NCBI GenBank assembly: GCA_026387175.1
Contig: JAPLME010000007.1
Span: 128,487-192,486, forward strand
Direction of reading: 5' to 3'
Source: Candidatus Omnitrophota bacterium
GTDB lineage: Bacteria; Omnitrophota; Gorgyraeia; 2-01-FULL-45-10
DNA length: 64,000 nucleotides
The notes under the pieces: model-generated
What the model was told of the DNA's origin: nothing
The model's database searches: none
Seen by the model: only the letters and a program-made list of their open reading frames with translations
Part shown: positions 1 to 9,116 of the stretch, one piece after another
How the letters are laid out: each line of letters starts with the position of its first letter
Position numbering within the stretch: position 1 is the stretch's first letter
Translations under genes and position numbers: made by a program

Positions 1-67
1 CGTAATGAAGGTCGACCTTTGTCAGTGTGGCGCGGTGGATCTTCGACTTGCACATTAACCTAAGCAT
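1..67 (-). CDS. panD: aspartate 1-decarboxylase (5' part, runs off the window)
   Basis: Manual translation from ATG at 67: MLRLMCKSKIHRATLTKVDLHY, the typical PanD N-terminus (KSKIHRAT..xxLHY); not in ORF track. Confidence 0.9.
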   Translation of the reverse strand, partial: MLRLMCKSKIHRATLTKVDLHY

Positions 68-84
68 GATAAGACATCCTATAA

Positions 85-435
85 TCAGCCTGTTATCTCG
101 GTAAGGTTTTCACCGTCGAAATACAATTTCTGGGTTTTGGATAGATATCCGGCATCTACCGGTATCACGCCATATTGGGCATTATATGTCCATACTTCTC
201 TGGGCGAAGACCATTTCTTTTTGTTCTCAACAGTGGTTACCTGATCGGGTTTTCCCCATATCGATTCAACCTGATTTTTTGTCATACCGATCTTCACCGA
301 TTCTGTGCCCAGAGGTTTTTTTATAATCTCATTGGGGTTTGGGATCATCAGCGTACTGCAGCCGCATAGCAGGGGCAGCACCGATATAATCATTATGAAA
401 GACAGGCTCTTCGCCGGGTTATTAGATCTTCGCAT
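85..435 (-). CDS. SmpA/BamE-like outer-membrane lipoprotein
   Basis: Lipobox LCGC; GMTKNQVESIWGKPD and WTY motifs typical of the SmpA/OmlA fold. Confidence 0.65.
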   Translation of the reverse strand: MRRSNNPAKSLSFIMIISVLPLLCGCSTLMIPNPNEIIKKPLGTESVKIGMTKNQVESIWGKPDQVTTVENKKKWSSPREVWTYNAQYGVIPVDAGYLSKTQKLYFDGENLTEITG

Positions 436-817
436 TCCTTGGTCCCTTCTTTATGGTGTAAATAAGATCGCACAAAAATTTAAGAAAAGTATTCTTGTTA
501 TCTTCCTCTATTTCTGTGAATTCCAGGCCGCAATCGTATGGCGCTGTATCTTCCAATGAGATCTTTCTCTTCCAGATAACTTTTGCTTTAGCGTGAACGG
601 GACTTAGCGCGTCTCGTATCACCATCTTGATCTCCAAAGTATCCGATTCCTTTATCGCGTTATTGAGCGTTTCGAACCTCAGGCCGTCAGCCGAAATATT
701 CTTGGTATTTGTATTAAGCACCTTTCCTGTCTCAGGCACTGTATATGAGATATCTATAGGCGTATCTAACCTGACATACCGCCGGCGTTCAATAAAACTA
801 TCTTTTGTTTTTCCCAT
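422..817 (-). CDS. stand-alone PilZ domain protein
   Basis: ERRRYVR (RxxxR) and NISADG motifs. Confidence 0.9.
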   Translation of the reverse strand: MGKTKDSFIERRRYVRLDTPIDISYTVPETGKVLNTNTKNISADGLRFETLNNAIKESDTLEIKMVIRDALSPVHAKAKVIWKRKISLEDTAPYDCGLEFTEIEEDNKNTFLKFLCDLIYTIKKGPRNAKI

Positions 818-840
818 ATCCAGAATCCTCCAGGGTTAAA

Positions 841-870
841 AATATAACATATATGAACTTCTGCCGTCAA
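841..870 (-). promoter_or_regulatory. putative sigma70 promoter
   Basis: Minus strand TTGACG-N18-TATATT with TG extension, upstream of the PilZ gene. Confidence 0.45.
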
Positions 871-875
871 CTTAA

Positions 876-2525
876 TTATAAAATACCATTTAGCCAATTT
901 CGTATATTTTCAAGAACCTCTTTATCTATATCGTAATAATACCGATGCGCGCCGTCATTTACTTTCTGCCCGAAAAATTGCCCTAAATACGCGTAATATT
1001 TCAATGTATGCCTGCTATGGCCGGCATCCGCTATTATCTTGTCGAGCGCCGGGCCCGCGTCGGCTGAGAGCTCATCGGTATCTTTGCCCTGCAGGATCAG
1101 GACTGCTAGATCCGGGTTTCCCGTGATATCGGGCGGTTTGCCCGTAAGTTCATCCTTTATATTGCCAAGAAAACATTTTTTACCGAGTATGTATATCCAG
1201 TCGCCATTTGAACCGGCGACCTTGTTTTGCGTCTCCTGGACAGTACGAATTACCAGGTTAAGATAGTCATCTGTCCATTTTGTTTTTTGAGACATTCTTT
1301 GAAGCTCTTCTCTCTTGGAGCGCTCATCCAGGTTCGTATATATCGATGGCGCCATCATGATGAGCCCTTTGATGTTATTATCTTTTACCGCTATTTTCAG
1401 CGCATGGACAGACCCGCTGGCATGACCGATTAACATCACATCATTGGGATCGACCATATTCTGGCCTTTAAGGCACTGAAGAGCCGCCTCTATATCCTCG
1501 ATTTCATCAGAACCCGTGGACGATGAAAGCTCGCCGCCGCTGGACCCTACACCTCTTTTATCGAACCTCAGACATACAAAGCCGTTCCTTGAAAGATGAT
1601 CCGCAAGGCTCGCGAAAAGCCCCTGGTAATCCCTGTCCTGCGGTCCGGCGCTAGGAGCGAAAAGGATAACGGGGTACTTTCCTTCTTTTGACGGAAATGT
1701 CAGCGTGCCCGACAGCTCCGCGCCTTTTGATTTAAAAAAGACGTCTTTTGATATGTAGCCGTCCGGTTTTATCGTTCTGATCGCCGCTTTTATGATTTTT
1801 GGCCCGAAAGTCCTTGTTATGGTCATATTTTTTGCGGGCACTTCAATTTTCATAATGGCCCTGTCCGATTTTCCTACCCATAAAGCGCCCTGAGGGTAAT
1901 CTCTTATCTTCAATAGCAGGTTTTCGGTCTTTATCCTGCGCGAGTCTATCTTCAGGTACTCGTCATTAATGGATGTGAGGGTTATGAATCGCTTCATGGG
2001 GGGCAGGCTCCATGTATTAAAACAGGATATGGCGTTAAATCCCTGCGAGCGTCCTTTTGAAAAATTATAATTCTCTATTATGGGCAGATACGTTACGGGA
2101 GAGTCTTCTTCGAATACAAAGGTCTCTTTTCTTATCGGAATATTTTCCGCGCATGCGAACCTTGACTCATACCTGGAAACAAAGGATATCAGATTTTTAA
2201 AATTTTCAAGATATAGGGTATCCGTGACGCGGCCCGACACCCTCTCCTTGGTATAGCTTTCAAAATTGTAATTCTTATCCAGGACCATCCGCGACCTGTA
2301 TTCCGTATACACAGGTTCAAACGGCAGGCTTGTGACGGATTTGTATATTATCTTATCTTCCGTAACGAACCGCTCGACCTTTATCGTGCCGGAATCTCTC
2401 CCCGATGTTTTGATCAGATAATAGAACGTCTTATGGTTTACTTTATCCAGATAGAAAAATGAAGCAATGAATAATAGCAAGCCCAGGGACAGGAATATCA
2501 ATACCGCTATATATATTTTTTTCAT
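876..2525 (-). CDS. membrane-anchored alpha/beta-hydrolase-fold protein, apparently catalytically degenerate
   Basis: N-terminal TM; LSGTLTFP, GPQDRD and LRFDKRGVGSS of the hydrolase family; nucleophile elbow reads GHASG. Confidence 0.75.
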   Translation of the reverse strand: MKKIYIAVLIFLSLGLLLFIASFFYLDKVNHKTFYYLIKTSGRDSGTIKVERFVTEDKIIYKSVTSLPFEPVYTEYRSRMVLDKNYNFESYTKERVSGRVTDTLYLENFKNLISFVSRYESRFACAENIPIRKETFVFEEDSPVTYLPIIENYNFSKGRSQGFNAISCFNTWSLPPMKRFITLTSINDEYLKIDSRRIKTENLLLKIRDYPQGALWVGKSDRAIMKIEVPAKNMTITRTFGPKIIKAAIRTIKPDGYISKDVFFKSKGAELSGTLTFPSKEGKYPVILFAPSAGPQDRDYQGLFASLADHLSRNGFVCLRFDKRGVGSSGGELSSSTGSDEIEDIEAALQCLKGQNMVDPNDVMLIGHASGSVHALKIAVKDNNIKGLIMMAPSIYTNLDERSKREELQRMSQKTKWTDDYLNLVIRTVQETQNKVAGSNGDWIYILGKKCFLGNIKDELTGKPPDITGNPDLAVLILQGKDTDELSADAGPALDKIIADAGHSRHTLKYYAYLGQFFGQKVNDGAHRYYYDIDKEVLENIRNWLNGIL

Positions 2526-3142
2526 TAAAAGTTCACGGAGAGGATTTCGTAATCAAATTTCCCGGTCCACCTGCCCTTGCCTCCGGGGGAGCCAGTATTT
2601 GCTTTCAACTCCGACAATATCTCTTCAGGGCAGTTTGTGAGTATTTTTTTGAAGGGGAGGGAGCTTTCGGGCCTTATTACCGACGCTGAAGAGTCAGACA
2701 GGTGAGAGATCGGAACCGGCCCGCCTGCCGGATGGAGTATCTCCTGCAGTCGGGCAGGCGCGAAGACTCCATAGGATCCCAGCGAGGGCTCCATGGGGTG
2801 GAACGCGACTTCATACAGCGCCGCTCCGTCTTTGTCCAAAAATTTTACTTTTATCAGCATATCCGTTATATCCCTGTATCCGTCGTTCCTGATTATGCCT
2901 TCAAGGACGGCTTCTCCGCTTAAAGGGCCTGTAACGTTGAAGCTGGCACCGAGCCTGGCAATTTCGATATGCTTGGAATAAACTTTCGCGTTAATCTTCT
3001 GTAAACCCATCTTATATGTTTTCGTAAGTTCGTCGTCTTTCATCTCCAGGTATATCAGGTAGCCGGCCAGGTTCACGACAAGCACAAGGCAGATTACGAT
3101 GCTTGAGATAAGCGTCAATATCAGGCTTTTTTTCTTTATCAT
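2525..3142 (-). CDS. hypothetical membrane-anchored protein carrying an in-frame palindromic insert
   Basis: N-terminal TM, then a beta-rich segment (EGIIRNDGYRDITDMLIKVKFLDKDG, FxLYD-like); 1-nt overlap with the next gene. Confidence 0.7.
   Translation of the reverse strand: MIKKKSLILTLISSIVICLVLVVNLAGYLIYLEMKDDELTKTYKMGLQKINAKVYSKHIEIARLGASFNVTGPLSGEAVLEGIIRNDGYRDITDMLIKVKFLDKDGAALYEVAFHPMEPSLGSYGVFAPARLQEILHPAGGPVPISHLSDSSASVIRPESSLPFKKILTNCPEEILSELKANTGSPGGKGRWTGKFDYEILSVNF
2720..2758. repeat. 39-bp intragenic palindromic element
   Basis: CGCCTGCC...GGCAGGCG stem with inner GGAG-TAT-CTCC; encodes PARLQEILHPAGG in frame. Confidence 0.55.
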
Positions 3143-3146
3143 TATT

Positions 3147-3665
3147 TTACAAGCCCTTACTGTAAAGTTCGCGGATCGAATTAAAGATATCTATATAAGC
3201 TTCGCTCTTGTAGTCCGGATATGTCCATGGCCACGCGTTAAAGCTCTTATCCTTATAGAAGAGCGTGACTTCCGCAAATATCCCCCTATTTAAATATATC
3301 CGGTGAGTGTAATCTTTGGTGGAGAAGAGCACTAGCTTGGCAAGATCCAGATAGCCGGGATCGATGTTGACGCTCCGCTTGCCGGACTTAAGGAGTTTCC
3401 TCTCCAGTATATTGGTCTTTAACTTTGCTTTATATATGTCCTTCAGGTCGAATAATTTTTGAAAGCTCAGGAATTTTCTTTTAAGGCCGCTCCCCATCTC
3501 CTTTGTATAGTAATCGGAATGTGTAAAATCCAATATGGCGCTTTCAAGATCCGTCCTGCCGAATACGCCGATCAGCATCGCCTCAGCCCTTTTAACAGCT
3601 TCGGCGTTATTTGACAACAACCCGACTATTAATTTTACTTTATGAGGATATTCCGTAGTTCCCAT
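3147..3665 (-). CDS. DUF4416 family protein
   Basis: YYTKEMG, RSVNIDPGY, STKDYTHRIYL and WTYPDY motifs. Confidence 0.9.
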   Translation of the reverse strand: MGTTEYPHKVKLIVGLLSNNAEAVKRAEAMLIGVFGRTDLESAILDFTHSDYYTKEMGSGLKRKFLSFQKLFDLKDIYKAKLKTNILERKLLKSGKRSVNIDPGYLDLAKLVLFSTKDYTHRIYLNRGIFAEVTLFYKDKSFNAWPWTYPDYKSEAYIDIFNSIRELYSKGL

Positions 3666-3677
3666 TTCGTAACAGGT

Positions 3678-4046
3678 TTATGCCGCTTTCTTTCTGGCTA
3701 TGTAACCGGCGATGATCTCCCTGGCTCGCGGCTCCAGATCTGTATCAAAAAATATTGCGACATCGTAGTGTTTGGTCGCTCCGTCAATTATCACCGGGTG
3801 TGTTCTGACCACTACGCCTTCCACCTCTACGCCCTTTGCCTCTTTGTCGTTTTTGGACGGATCGGGGATCATCAGCATAAGTTTCACGCGGGACATCAGC
3901 GGTATTTCCTTATCCACTTTGCAGTAAAGTCCCGATGAGCTTATATTGATGGTATGGGTAGAGGTGTCAAATCCGCCGACGATTATCTTAAGCAGCAGTT
4001 CCTCGTCTTTTACCCTCTGAGCTATTCTTCTCTCTTGACTTGCCAT
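3678..4046 (-). CDS. stand-alone PilZ domain protein
   Basis: ERRIAQR and NISSSG motifs. Confidence 0.85.
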   Translation of the reverse strand: MASQERRIAQRVKDEELLLKIIVGGFDTSTHTINISSSGLYCKVDKEIPLMSRVKLMLMIPDPSKNDKEAKGVEVEGVVVRTHPVIIDGATKHYDVAIFFDTDLEPRAREIIAGYIARKKAA

Positions 4047-4058
4047 TTGTCCGTACTC

Positions 4059-4110
4059 CTAGTTTATTAAGCCATACTGTCTGCCAAGTGCCGATATCCC
4101 TGATATCGGC
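4059..4110 (-). repeat. 52-bp SD-associated double-hairpin repeat, copy 1
   Basis: + strand ctagtttattaagccatactgtctgccaagtgccgatatccctgatatcggc; abuts the GAG of the RBS of the gene starting at 4046. Confidence 0.95.
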
Positions 4111-4120
4111 CTTATTTATT

Positions 4121-4471
4121 TTATCCGGGCGGCCATGTGAATTTTCTACCGCCCATAAGATGCAGGTGCAGGTGGAGAACCTCCTGGCCCGCGTCTTTAT
4201 TGCAGTTCAATACGATCCTGTATCCCGAATCGCGTATACCCTTTTGATCAGCCAGCGTTTTTGCGGCAAGCACCAGCTCTCCTATAAGATGGATGTTGCC
4301 TTCAGTCAGGTCGGATGTCTTTTCGATGTGATATTTCGGGATTATCAATATATGTATCGGAGCCTGAGGTTTTAGATCTTCAAAGGCCAATATTTTATTA
4401 TTTTCGAATACGATTTTGGCGGGGATCTCTTTCCTTATGATCTTGCAGAATACGCAGTCGGCTTTATACAT
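4121..4471 (-). CDS. histidine triad nucleotide-binding protein (HinT-like)
   Basis: DCVFCKI, GQEVLHLHLHLMGGR; start at 4471 coupled (TGATG) to the upstream stop. Confidence 0.92.
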   Translation of the reverse strand: MYKADCVFCKIIRKEIPAKIVFENNKILAFEDLKPQAPIHILIIPKYHIEKTSDLTEGNIHLIGELVLAAKTLADQKGIRDSGYRIVLNCNKDAGQEVLHLHLHLMGGRKFTWPPG

Positions 4472-5547
4472 CAACACACTTCTTCCAGTTTGTACTCCAG
4501 GCCTCCCAGACCCATCCTGCTCGCGTAGTTTAATTGCACTGACCAGTCCGTCTCCGGATAACCTGCGGCAAATACGTCTTTGCCGCTTGAAGCTTTGATC
4601 AGATCTACAGAAGCCTTATCGATGGCGACCGGATCGCGTGAGGCCAATATGCCAAGATCGTTAACTATCCGGGGATCATCCTTGGCCAGGCAATCACAGT
4701 CCTTAGTGACTTTAATGATGAAATTTATATACCCGACACTTGATTTGAATGAGTCGGTAACGCCTTTGGCATATTCTACCATCTTTTCCTGCAGGTTTTC
4801 AAGTGTTTCGCTCCACCTTATCTCTATAGCTTTTGTCTTGCAGACCACCGCGCATTCGCCGCAGCCCAGGCATGCGTCTTTCGCGATAGAGATCTTCTTA
4901 TTCTTCAGGCTTAGGGCGCCGCCCGGGCAGACCCCCACGCATTCACCGCAAGCCCCGCAATACGAAGAGTTCACCTCAGGCACCGTACCGCAATGCTGTT
5001 CGTATTTTCCCCGGCGCGAGGCGCATCCCATCCCCACATTTTTTATGGCTCCACCCATACCTGTCAGTATATGCCCTGTTATATGAGTCATGGCGAGCAG
5101 GCTGTCGCAATCCGCGAAATCGGATGCCATTTTTATCTTTGAAAAATGCTTGCCTTTTACCGGCACCTCTACGAAACTTCTGCCCCTTAGGCCGTCCGCT
5201 ATCAGGACCGGAACGCCGATGTTTTCCGGGTTGAATCCGTGCTCTGAGGCTATCTTTAGATGATCGATCGAGTTAGTGCGACTGCTGGCTTTGTATATAA
5301 CATTTGAATCGGCCAGGAAGGCGTTAGAGGTTATGCCCTTTACATGTTTTGCCGTCTCCCTGATCCATTCCCATCGGATGTGCCCGGTATTGCCCTTATC
5401 CCCGAAGTGCATCTTTATCGCTGTGAAGTCATCTTTCTTGATAAATGATAGCACCTTGCTTTTGTCGATCAGCACCCCGAGTTTCTTTGAGATGGCCTGG
5501 ACCGAATCCTGTGCGTCTACTTTTATATAATGGACTTTACTAGGCAT
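4471..5547 (-). CDS. DUF362 domain 4Fe-4S protein
   Basis: IKMHFG, GGAIKNVGMGCASRRGK, two CxxCxxCxxxC motifs, CDC, DPVAIDKAS. Confidence 0.9.
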   Translation of the reverse strand: MPSKVHYIKVDAQDSVQAISKKLGVLIDKSKVLSFIKKDDFTAIKMHFGDKGNTGHIRWEWIRETAKHVKGITSNAFLADSNVIYKASSRTNSIDHLKIASEHGFNPENIGVPVLIADGLRGRSFVEVPVKGKHFSKIKMASDFADCDSLLAMTHITGHILTGMGGAIKNVGMGCASRRGKYEQHCGTVPEVNSSYCGACGECVGVCPGGALSLKNKKISIAKDACLGCGECAVVCKTKAIEIRWSETLENLQEKMVEYAKGVTDSFKSSVGYINFIIKVTKDCDCLAKDDPRIVNDLGILASRDPVAIDKASVDLIKASSGKDVFAAGYPETDWSVQLNYASRMGLGGLEYKLEEVC

Positions 5548-6037
5548 AATTTTTATCCTTCTCGTTATATATTTTTATACTATGTTTCAGAAGAAGCGCC
5601 GCTGTGACACCGTTGCCTTTTTTCAAAGCCCCCGTAAAAGTACCATCGTAAATCATGCCGCATCCGCATGACGGGCTTTTTGATTTCAGCACAGCCCGTT
5701 TTATCCCGAACCTCTTTGCCATGAGAAGCGTTTTTCGGGCGCCTGAGGCCAGTTTCTCTGTAACGTCTTTACCGGATACGGTCCTCACCTTCGCTTTCCC
5801 GGTCAAAACCCGCTCGCCATCGCCGTCGGATATTTCGCAAGCCTCGCGCGGGATGGATGACCCGCCGAGCACCTCCGGACATACGGGTATGGCAGCGCCC
5901 TCCAGCACTAATTTCCTTATATTGCGTTTTAATTTGTTTTTGCCGTTATAAGTGCAATTTATTCCGGCGAGGCATGCGCTTACGATAAATTTACAGGAAG
6001 GCTTCTTAAGGTTATCCTTACTTCGAGGAGCAGCCAT
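5540..6037 (-). CDS. DUF523 / 2-thiouracil desulfurase family protein
   Basis: VSACLAG, VCPEVLGG, LKSKSPSCG; start uncertain (6037 preferred over 6088). Confidence 0.88.
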   Translation of the reverse strand: MAAPRSKDNLKKPSCKFIVSACLAGINCTYNGKNKLKRNIRKLVLEGAAIPVCPEVLGGSSIPREACEISDGDGERVLTGKAKVRTVSGKDVTEKLASGARKTLLMAKRFGIKRAVLKSKSPSCGCGMIYDGTFTGALKKGNGVTAALLLKHSIKIYNEKDKNYA

Positions 6038-6578
6038 AATAGCCGATCTTGTGGCCGAGATCCCAGTATTCGCCCTGATTAAATACAAATGGCTTTGCTT
6101 TGTTATAGTCTATCTTCCCGTCAGCGCGTAAGATCGCTTCATCTTTGTGCACGGCCACCACCTCTCCTATGAACATATCGTGAGAGCCCAGTTTGAGCAC
6201 ATCCTTAAGCTTGCATTCGATGTTAACGGGGCATTCCTTTATCATCGGACTGGATATCTTCGAAGATTTTACCGGGGTGAAGCAGCAGCGTTTGAATTTA
6301 TCGGTATCTTTTCCTGAGACGAGACCGCAGAGGTCGGCTTCTTTTAAAATGTCCTTTGACGGTATATTGACCACAAATTCACGTTCGGCGGTTATTAATT
6401 TATGGGAATGCCGGGAAGGCCTTATCGAAACCGATATCTGGGGAGGATTGGATGCCACAATGCCGCACCATGCTATGGTTATAACATTCGCCCTGCCCGC
6501 TTTCCTGTCAAGCACGCTTACAAGAACTACGGGAACCGGATATAATGCCTCACCAGGCGGGGCTTCCAGTTTGCGCAT
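6018..6578 (-). CDS. flavin reductase family protein
   Basis: LYPVPVVLVS, ANVITIAW, ECPVNIEC, GSHDMFIGEV; start trimmed to the ATG at 6578. Confidence 0.92.
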   Translation of the reverse strand: MRKLEAPPGEALYPVPVVLVSVLDRKAGRANVITIAWCGIVASNPPQISVSIRPSRHSHKLITAEREFVVNIPSKDILKEADLCGLVSGKDTDKFKRCCFTPVKSSKISSPMIKECPVNIECKLKDVLKLGSHDMFIGEVVAVHKDEAILRADGKIDYNKAKPFVFNQGEYWDLGHKIGYYGCSSK

Positions 6579-6585
6579 TTTACTG

Positions 6586-6888
6586 TCAGGTTTTCTGCGG
6601 CGCTTCTTCCGTCTTTGCGGGTTTTTTATTCGTGGTGCCCCAGCATCTCTTAGTGCAATAGTACTTGCCATTGCGGTAATACCAGCGTTTATTCTTTATG
6701 GACTTTTTGCAGCCCGCGCAATTAGCCGGTTTCTCCTTCACTACAGGAGCCGCTTCCTTCTTCTCTTCTTTCGCCTCAGCAGGTGCGGCTGCTGCCGGTG
6801 AAGCTTGTGCGGGCGCCGCCTGCGGTGTCACTGGCGCTTCCGGCGCTTTCGCTTCCTTCGTTAGCTCTTCTTTTTTTTCGTCTGCCAT
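6586..6888 (-). CDS. small hypothetical protein with Ala/Pro-rich N-terminus and treble-clef-like Zn motif
   Basis: CAGC...YYCTKRCW; fits between neighbours in the operon. Confidence 0.7.
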   Translation of the reverse strand: MADEKKEELTKEAKAPEAPVTPQAAPAQASPAAAAPAEAKEEKKEAAPVVKEKPANCAGCKKSIKNKRWYYRNGKYYCTKRCWGTTNKKPAKTEEAPQKT

Positions 6889-6911
6889 ACACCACCGTTA
6901 ATTGTTATCTG

Positions 6912-7265
6912 TTATGCCCTGTCAAGTATCTTCAACCACTGCAAATAAGTATATTCTAAAAGCCTTCCCCTGTCTGAATTATCGATCTTTGTGAACTTCA
7001 AACCCGTCTCATATGGGCCGGAGCTACCTGAGCCTTCCTGCTGCCACGCCACCTGGCATGCGGCAAATATCGGCACATTATCACCCGGCACGTCCACTGA
7101 GAGGTTTATTTCGGCGCCCTGTCCAAATCTCTTGTCGGTCAATACGAGAGCGCCTTCACTTGATATATTCTTAACTTTATACGATCTCTTGCATTTTTCG
7201 CTTACGATCTCGCATAACGCGTTTAACGCGGTATCGAACCTTAAGAATCTTCTTCTCTCGTTCAC
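6912..7265 (-). CDS. stand-alone PilZ domain protein
   Basis: ERRRFLR and NISSEG motifs. Confidence 0.9.
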   Translation of the reverse strand: MNERRRFLRFDTALNALCEIVSEKCKRSYKVKNISSEGALVLTDKRFGQGAEINLSVDVPGDNVPIFAACQVAWQQEGSGSSGPYETGLKFTKIDNSDRGRLLEYTYLQWLKILDRA

Positions 7266-7290
7266 GATGTCCTTTTTAGAATATTGGCAT

Positions 7291-7337
7291 AAAAAATAAG
7301 GGGATAAAAATTTATTATTTCTATCCCCTTATTTTTT
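7291..7337. terminator. probable intrinsic terminator (bidirectional-looking)
   Basis: AAAAAATAAGGGGATA...TATCCCCTTATTTTTT inverted repeat with A and T tails, just downstream of the 7356-7688 gene. Confidence 0.75.
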
Positions 7338-7355
7338 GGAAAACATCACAATGAA

Positions 7356-7688
7356 CTATTTTCCCTTAAATACAAATTCTGGCTCGAGAACCGGGGTATA
7401 GCCTTCCGGTATCGGGAATGGGAACGTCGCGGTCTCATATACTCCTGCGCCCGTTCTGACTATCGTCATTCCAACACCTTTCGCTAATCCGACCGTGAGG
7501 CCAGAGAGAGGATTGTCCTCTACGCTTGTATCATAGATATTCTTCGGAAGCTCGACCCAGCCGGTAACGATGTTGGCTAAGCCTCTATACAGCTTCTTAC
7601 CCATATCCTGAGCGTAACTAGCTGTCGCTATATTGAGTAACATTAATATAGCCACGCAAATTATAATTCCTTTTATCATGTTCTTCAT
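7356..7688 (-). CDS. exosortase-system-associated protein, TIGR04073-like
   Basis: Signal peptide; KLYRGLANIVTGWVELP...RTGAGVYETATFPFP pattern. Confidence 0.8.
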   Translation of the reverse strand: MKNMIKGIIICVAILMLLNIATASYAQDMGKKLYRGLANIVTGWVELPKNIYDTSVEDNPLSGLTVGLAKGVGMTIVRTGAGVYETATFPFPIPEGYTPVLEPEFVFKGK

Positions 7689-7725
7689 TTTGATTTGTCA
7701 CCCCCCCTCATCTTGATTTGCCTAA

Positions 7726-7754
7726 AGTATAACACAAGATAAAAAAATTGTCAA
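7726..7754 (-). promoter_or_regulatory. sigma70 promoter
   Basis: TTGACA-N17-TATACT with TG extension. Confidence 0.7.
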
Positions 7755-7774
7755 GTTTATCGCAATATAAAAAA

Positions 7775-8146
7775 TCACTTCTGCCTTCGTACCTTCAATA
7801 TCTCATCAATGATATCGGATATCTTATCCCTATCCTCGGGCCTTATATCTATAAATTCAATGCCGGTGTCGTAATAGTAAGATCCCTTCTGCTTGGGATC
7901 GGTTTTCTTCACGACCCATACTAATGTGCCGCCGCACTTTATCTGGGGGCCTTTTTCGTCTATGAAGAGCTCTACGTCTACACCTTGAAAAAGACCGAGA
8001 TCCTCTTTCAGTAAAACGCATATGCCGCCCGCGCCGATGTTCTCCGTATGGGTCGATATGGTTTTAGCCGTCAGCCTCTTCTTTATGGATATGAGGCATT
8101 TATAGTTTGCCCTGGGAAACCTGCGCCTGTTGATACCATTCCACAT
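7775..8146 (-). CDS. stand-alone PilZ domain protein
   Basis: NRRRFPR and NIGAGG motifs, GIEF C-terminal strand. Confidence 0.88.
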   Translation of the reverse strand: MWNGINRRRFPRANYKCLISIKKRLTAKTISTHTENIGAGGICVLLKEDLGLFQGVDVELFIDEKGPQIKCGGTLVWVVKKTDPKQKGSYYYDTGIEFIDIRPEDRDKISDIIDEILKVRRQK

Positions 8147-8254
8147 AAATTAACTATGCCTCCATGATAAGCGTATCAAATTTATGCATTGCCGCGTGTT
8201 ATTATACATAACCGTAAATCAAAAAGCAAGCACTTCTTGGCTAAAAATTTTATA

Positions 8255-8284
8255 TTTACAATATTAATGACGAGGGTGTATAAT
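8255..8284 (+). promoter_or_regulatory. putative sigma70 promoter for the ExeA/ExeB-like pair
   Basis: TTTACA-N18-TATAAT ending 16 nt before the ATG at 8301. Confidence 0.5.
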
Positions 8285-8300
8285 CTACCACAAGACATAT

Positions 8301-9116
8301 ATGTATAGAGAATTTTTCGGCTTAAAAGAGAAGCCCTTCAATATAACAAGCGACCCCAATTTCTTGTTCTTGAGCCGTGTCCATAAGGAAGCCCTATCCC
8401 ACCTGCTATATGGCATAAACGAACGGAAAGGTTTTCTCGAAATAACCGGCGAGGTCGGCGCCGGCAAGACTACCCTGTGCAGGGCGCTGCTTAACAGGCT
8501 TGATAAAAGGACTAAGAGCGCATTTATATTCAACTCCACGCTTCCGGAACTGCAGCTTCTGCAGGCTATACTTGAGGATTACGGTATAATAGTCACCAGC
8601 CGCAATAAGGTGTCGTTATTGAAACAGCTGAACAATTTCCTTATAGAGGAGCTCACGCGCGGAAACAATGTCGTGCTCATTATCGATGAGGCCCAGAACC
8701 TGAAGCCTTCGATACTCGAAGAGATAAGGATGCTTTCGAATCTTGAGACTGACAAGGATAAGCTTTTTCAAATCGTGCTGGTCGGACAGCCGGAGCTGAA
8801 AAACAAACTGGCTTCGCCCGGACTAAGGCAGCTCAGGCAGCGTATATCCGTACGTTTTCATATAACACCTCTTGATAAGGACGAGGTGGCGGATTACATA
8901 AGCCACAGGCTCGGCGTGGCCGGGTCGGCGGGCCAGATAACATTTGAGCCCGGAGCGATCGAGAAGATACATGATTTTTCAGGAGGCATACCTCGTCTTA
9001 TCAATATGGTCTGTGATAAATCCATGCTGACGGCGTATACGATGGAGACGATGAAAATAACCATGCCGATCGTGGAGCGCAGCATTCAAGAGATGGAAGG
9101 GTGTTTACCGAGATGA
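8301..9116 (+). CDS. ExeA/GspA-family AAA ATPase
   Basis: MYREFFGLKEKPF, GEVGAGKTT, IIDEAQ, LVGQPEL, GGIPRLIN; no C-terminal peptidoglycan-binding domain. Confidence 0.92.
   Translation: MYREFFGLKEKPFNITSDPNFLFLSRVHKEALSHLLYGINERKGFLEITGEVGAGKTTLCRALLNRLDKRTKSAFIFNSTLPELQLLQAILEDYGIIVTSRNKVSLLKQLNNFLIEELTRGNNVVLIIDEAQNLKPSILEEIRMLSNLETDKDKLFQIVLVGQPELKNKLASPGLRQLRQRISVRFHITPLDKDEVADYISHRLGVAGSAGQITFEPGAIEKIHDFSGGIPRLINMVCDKSMLTAYTMETMKITMPIVERSIQEMEGCLPR

Noticed and set aside
4059-4110. 52-bp repeat as an intrinsic terminator or simple transcription-factor operator
   Set aside because: No U-tract follows the stem on the sense strand; copies lie between co-oriented genes without obvious promoters; conservation extends 31 bp beyond the dyad with sharp ends.
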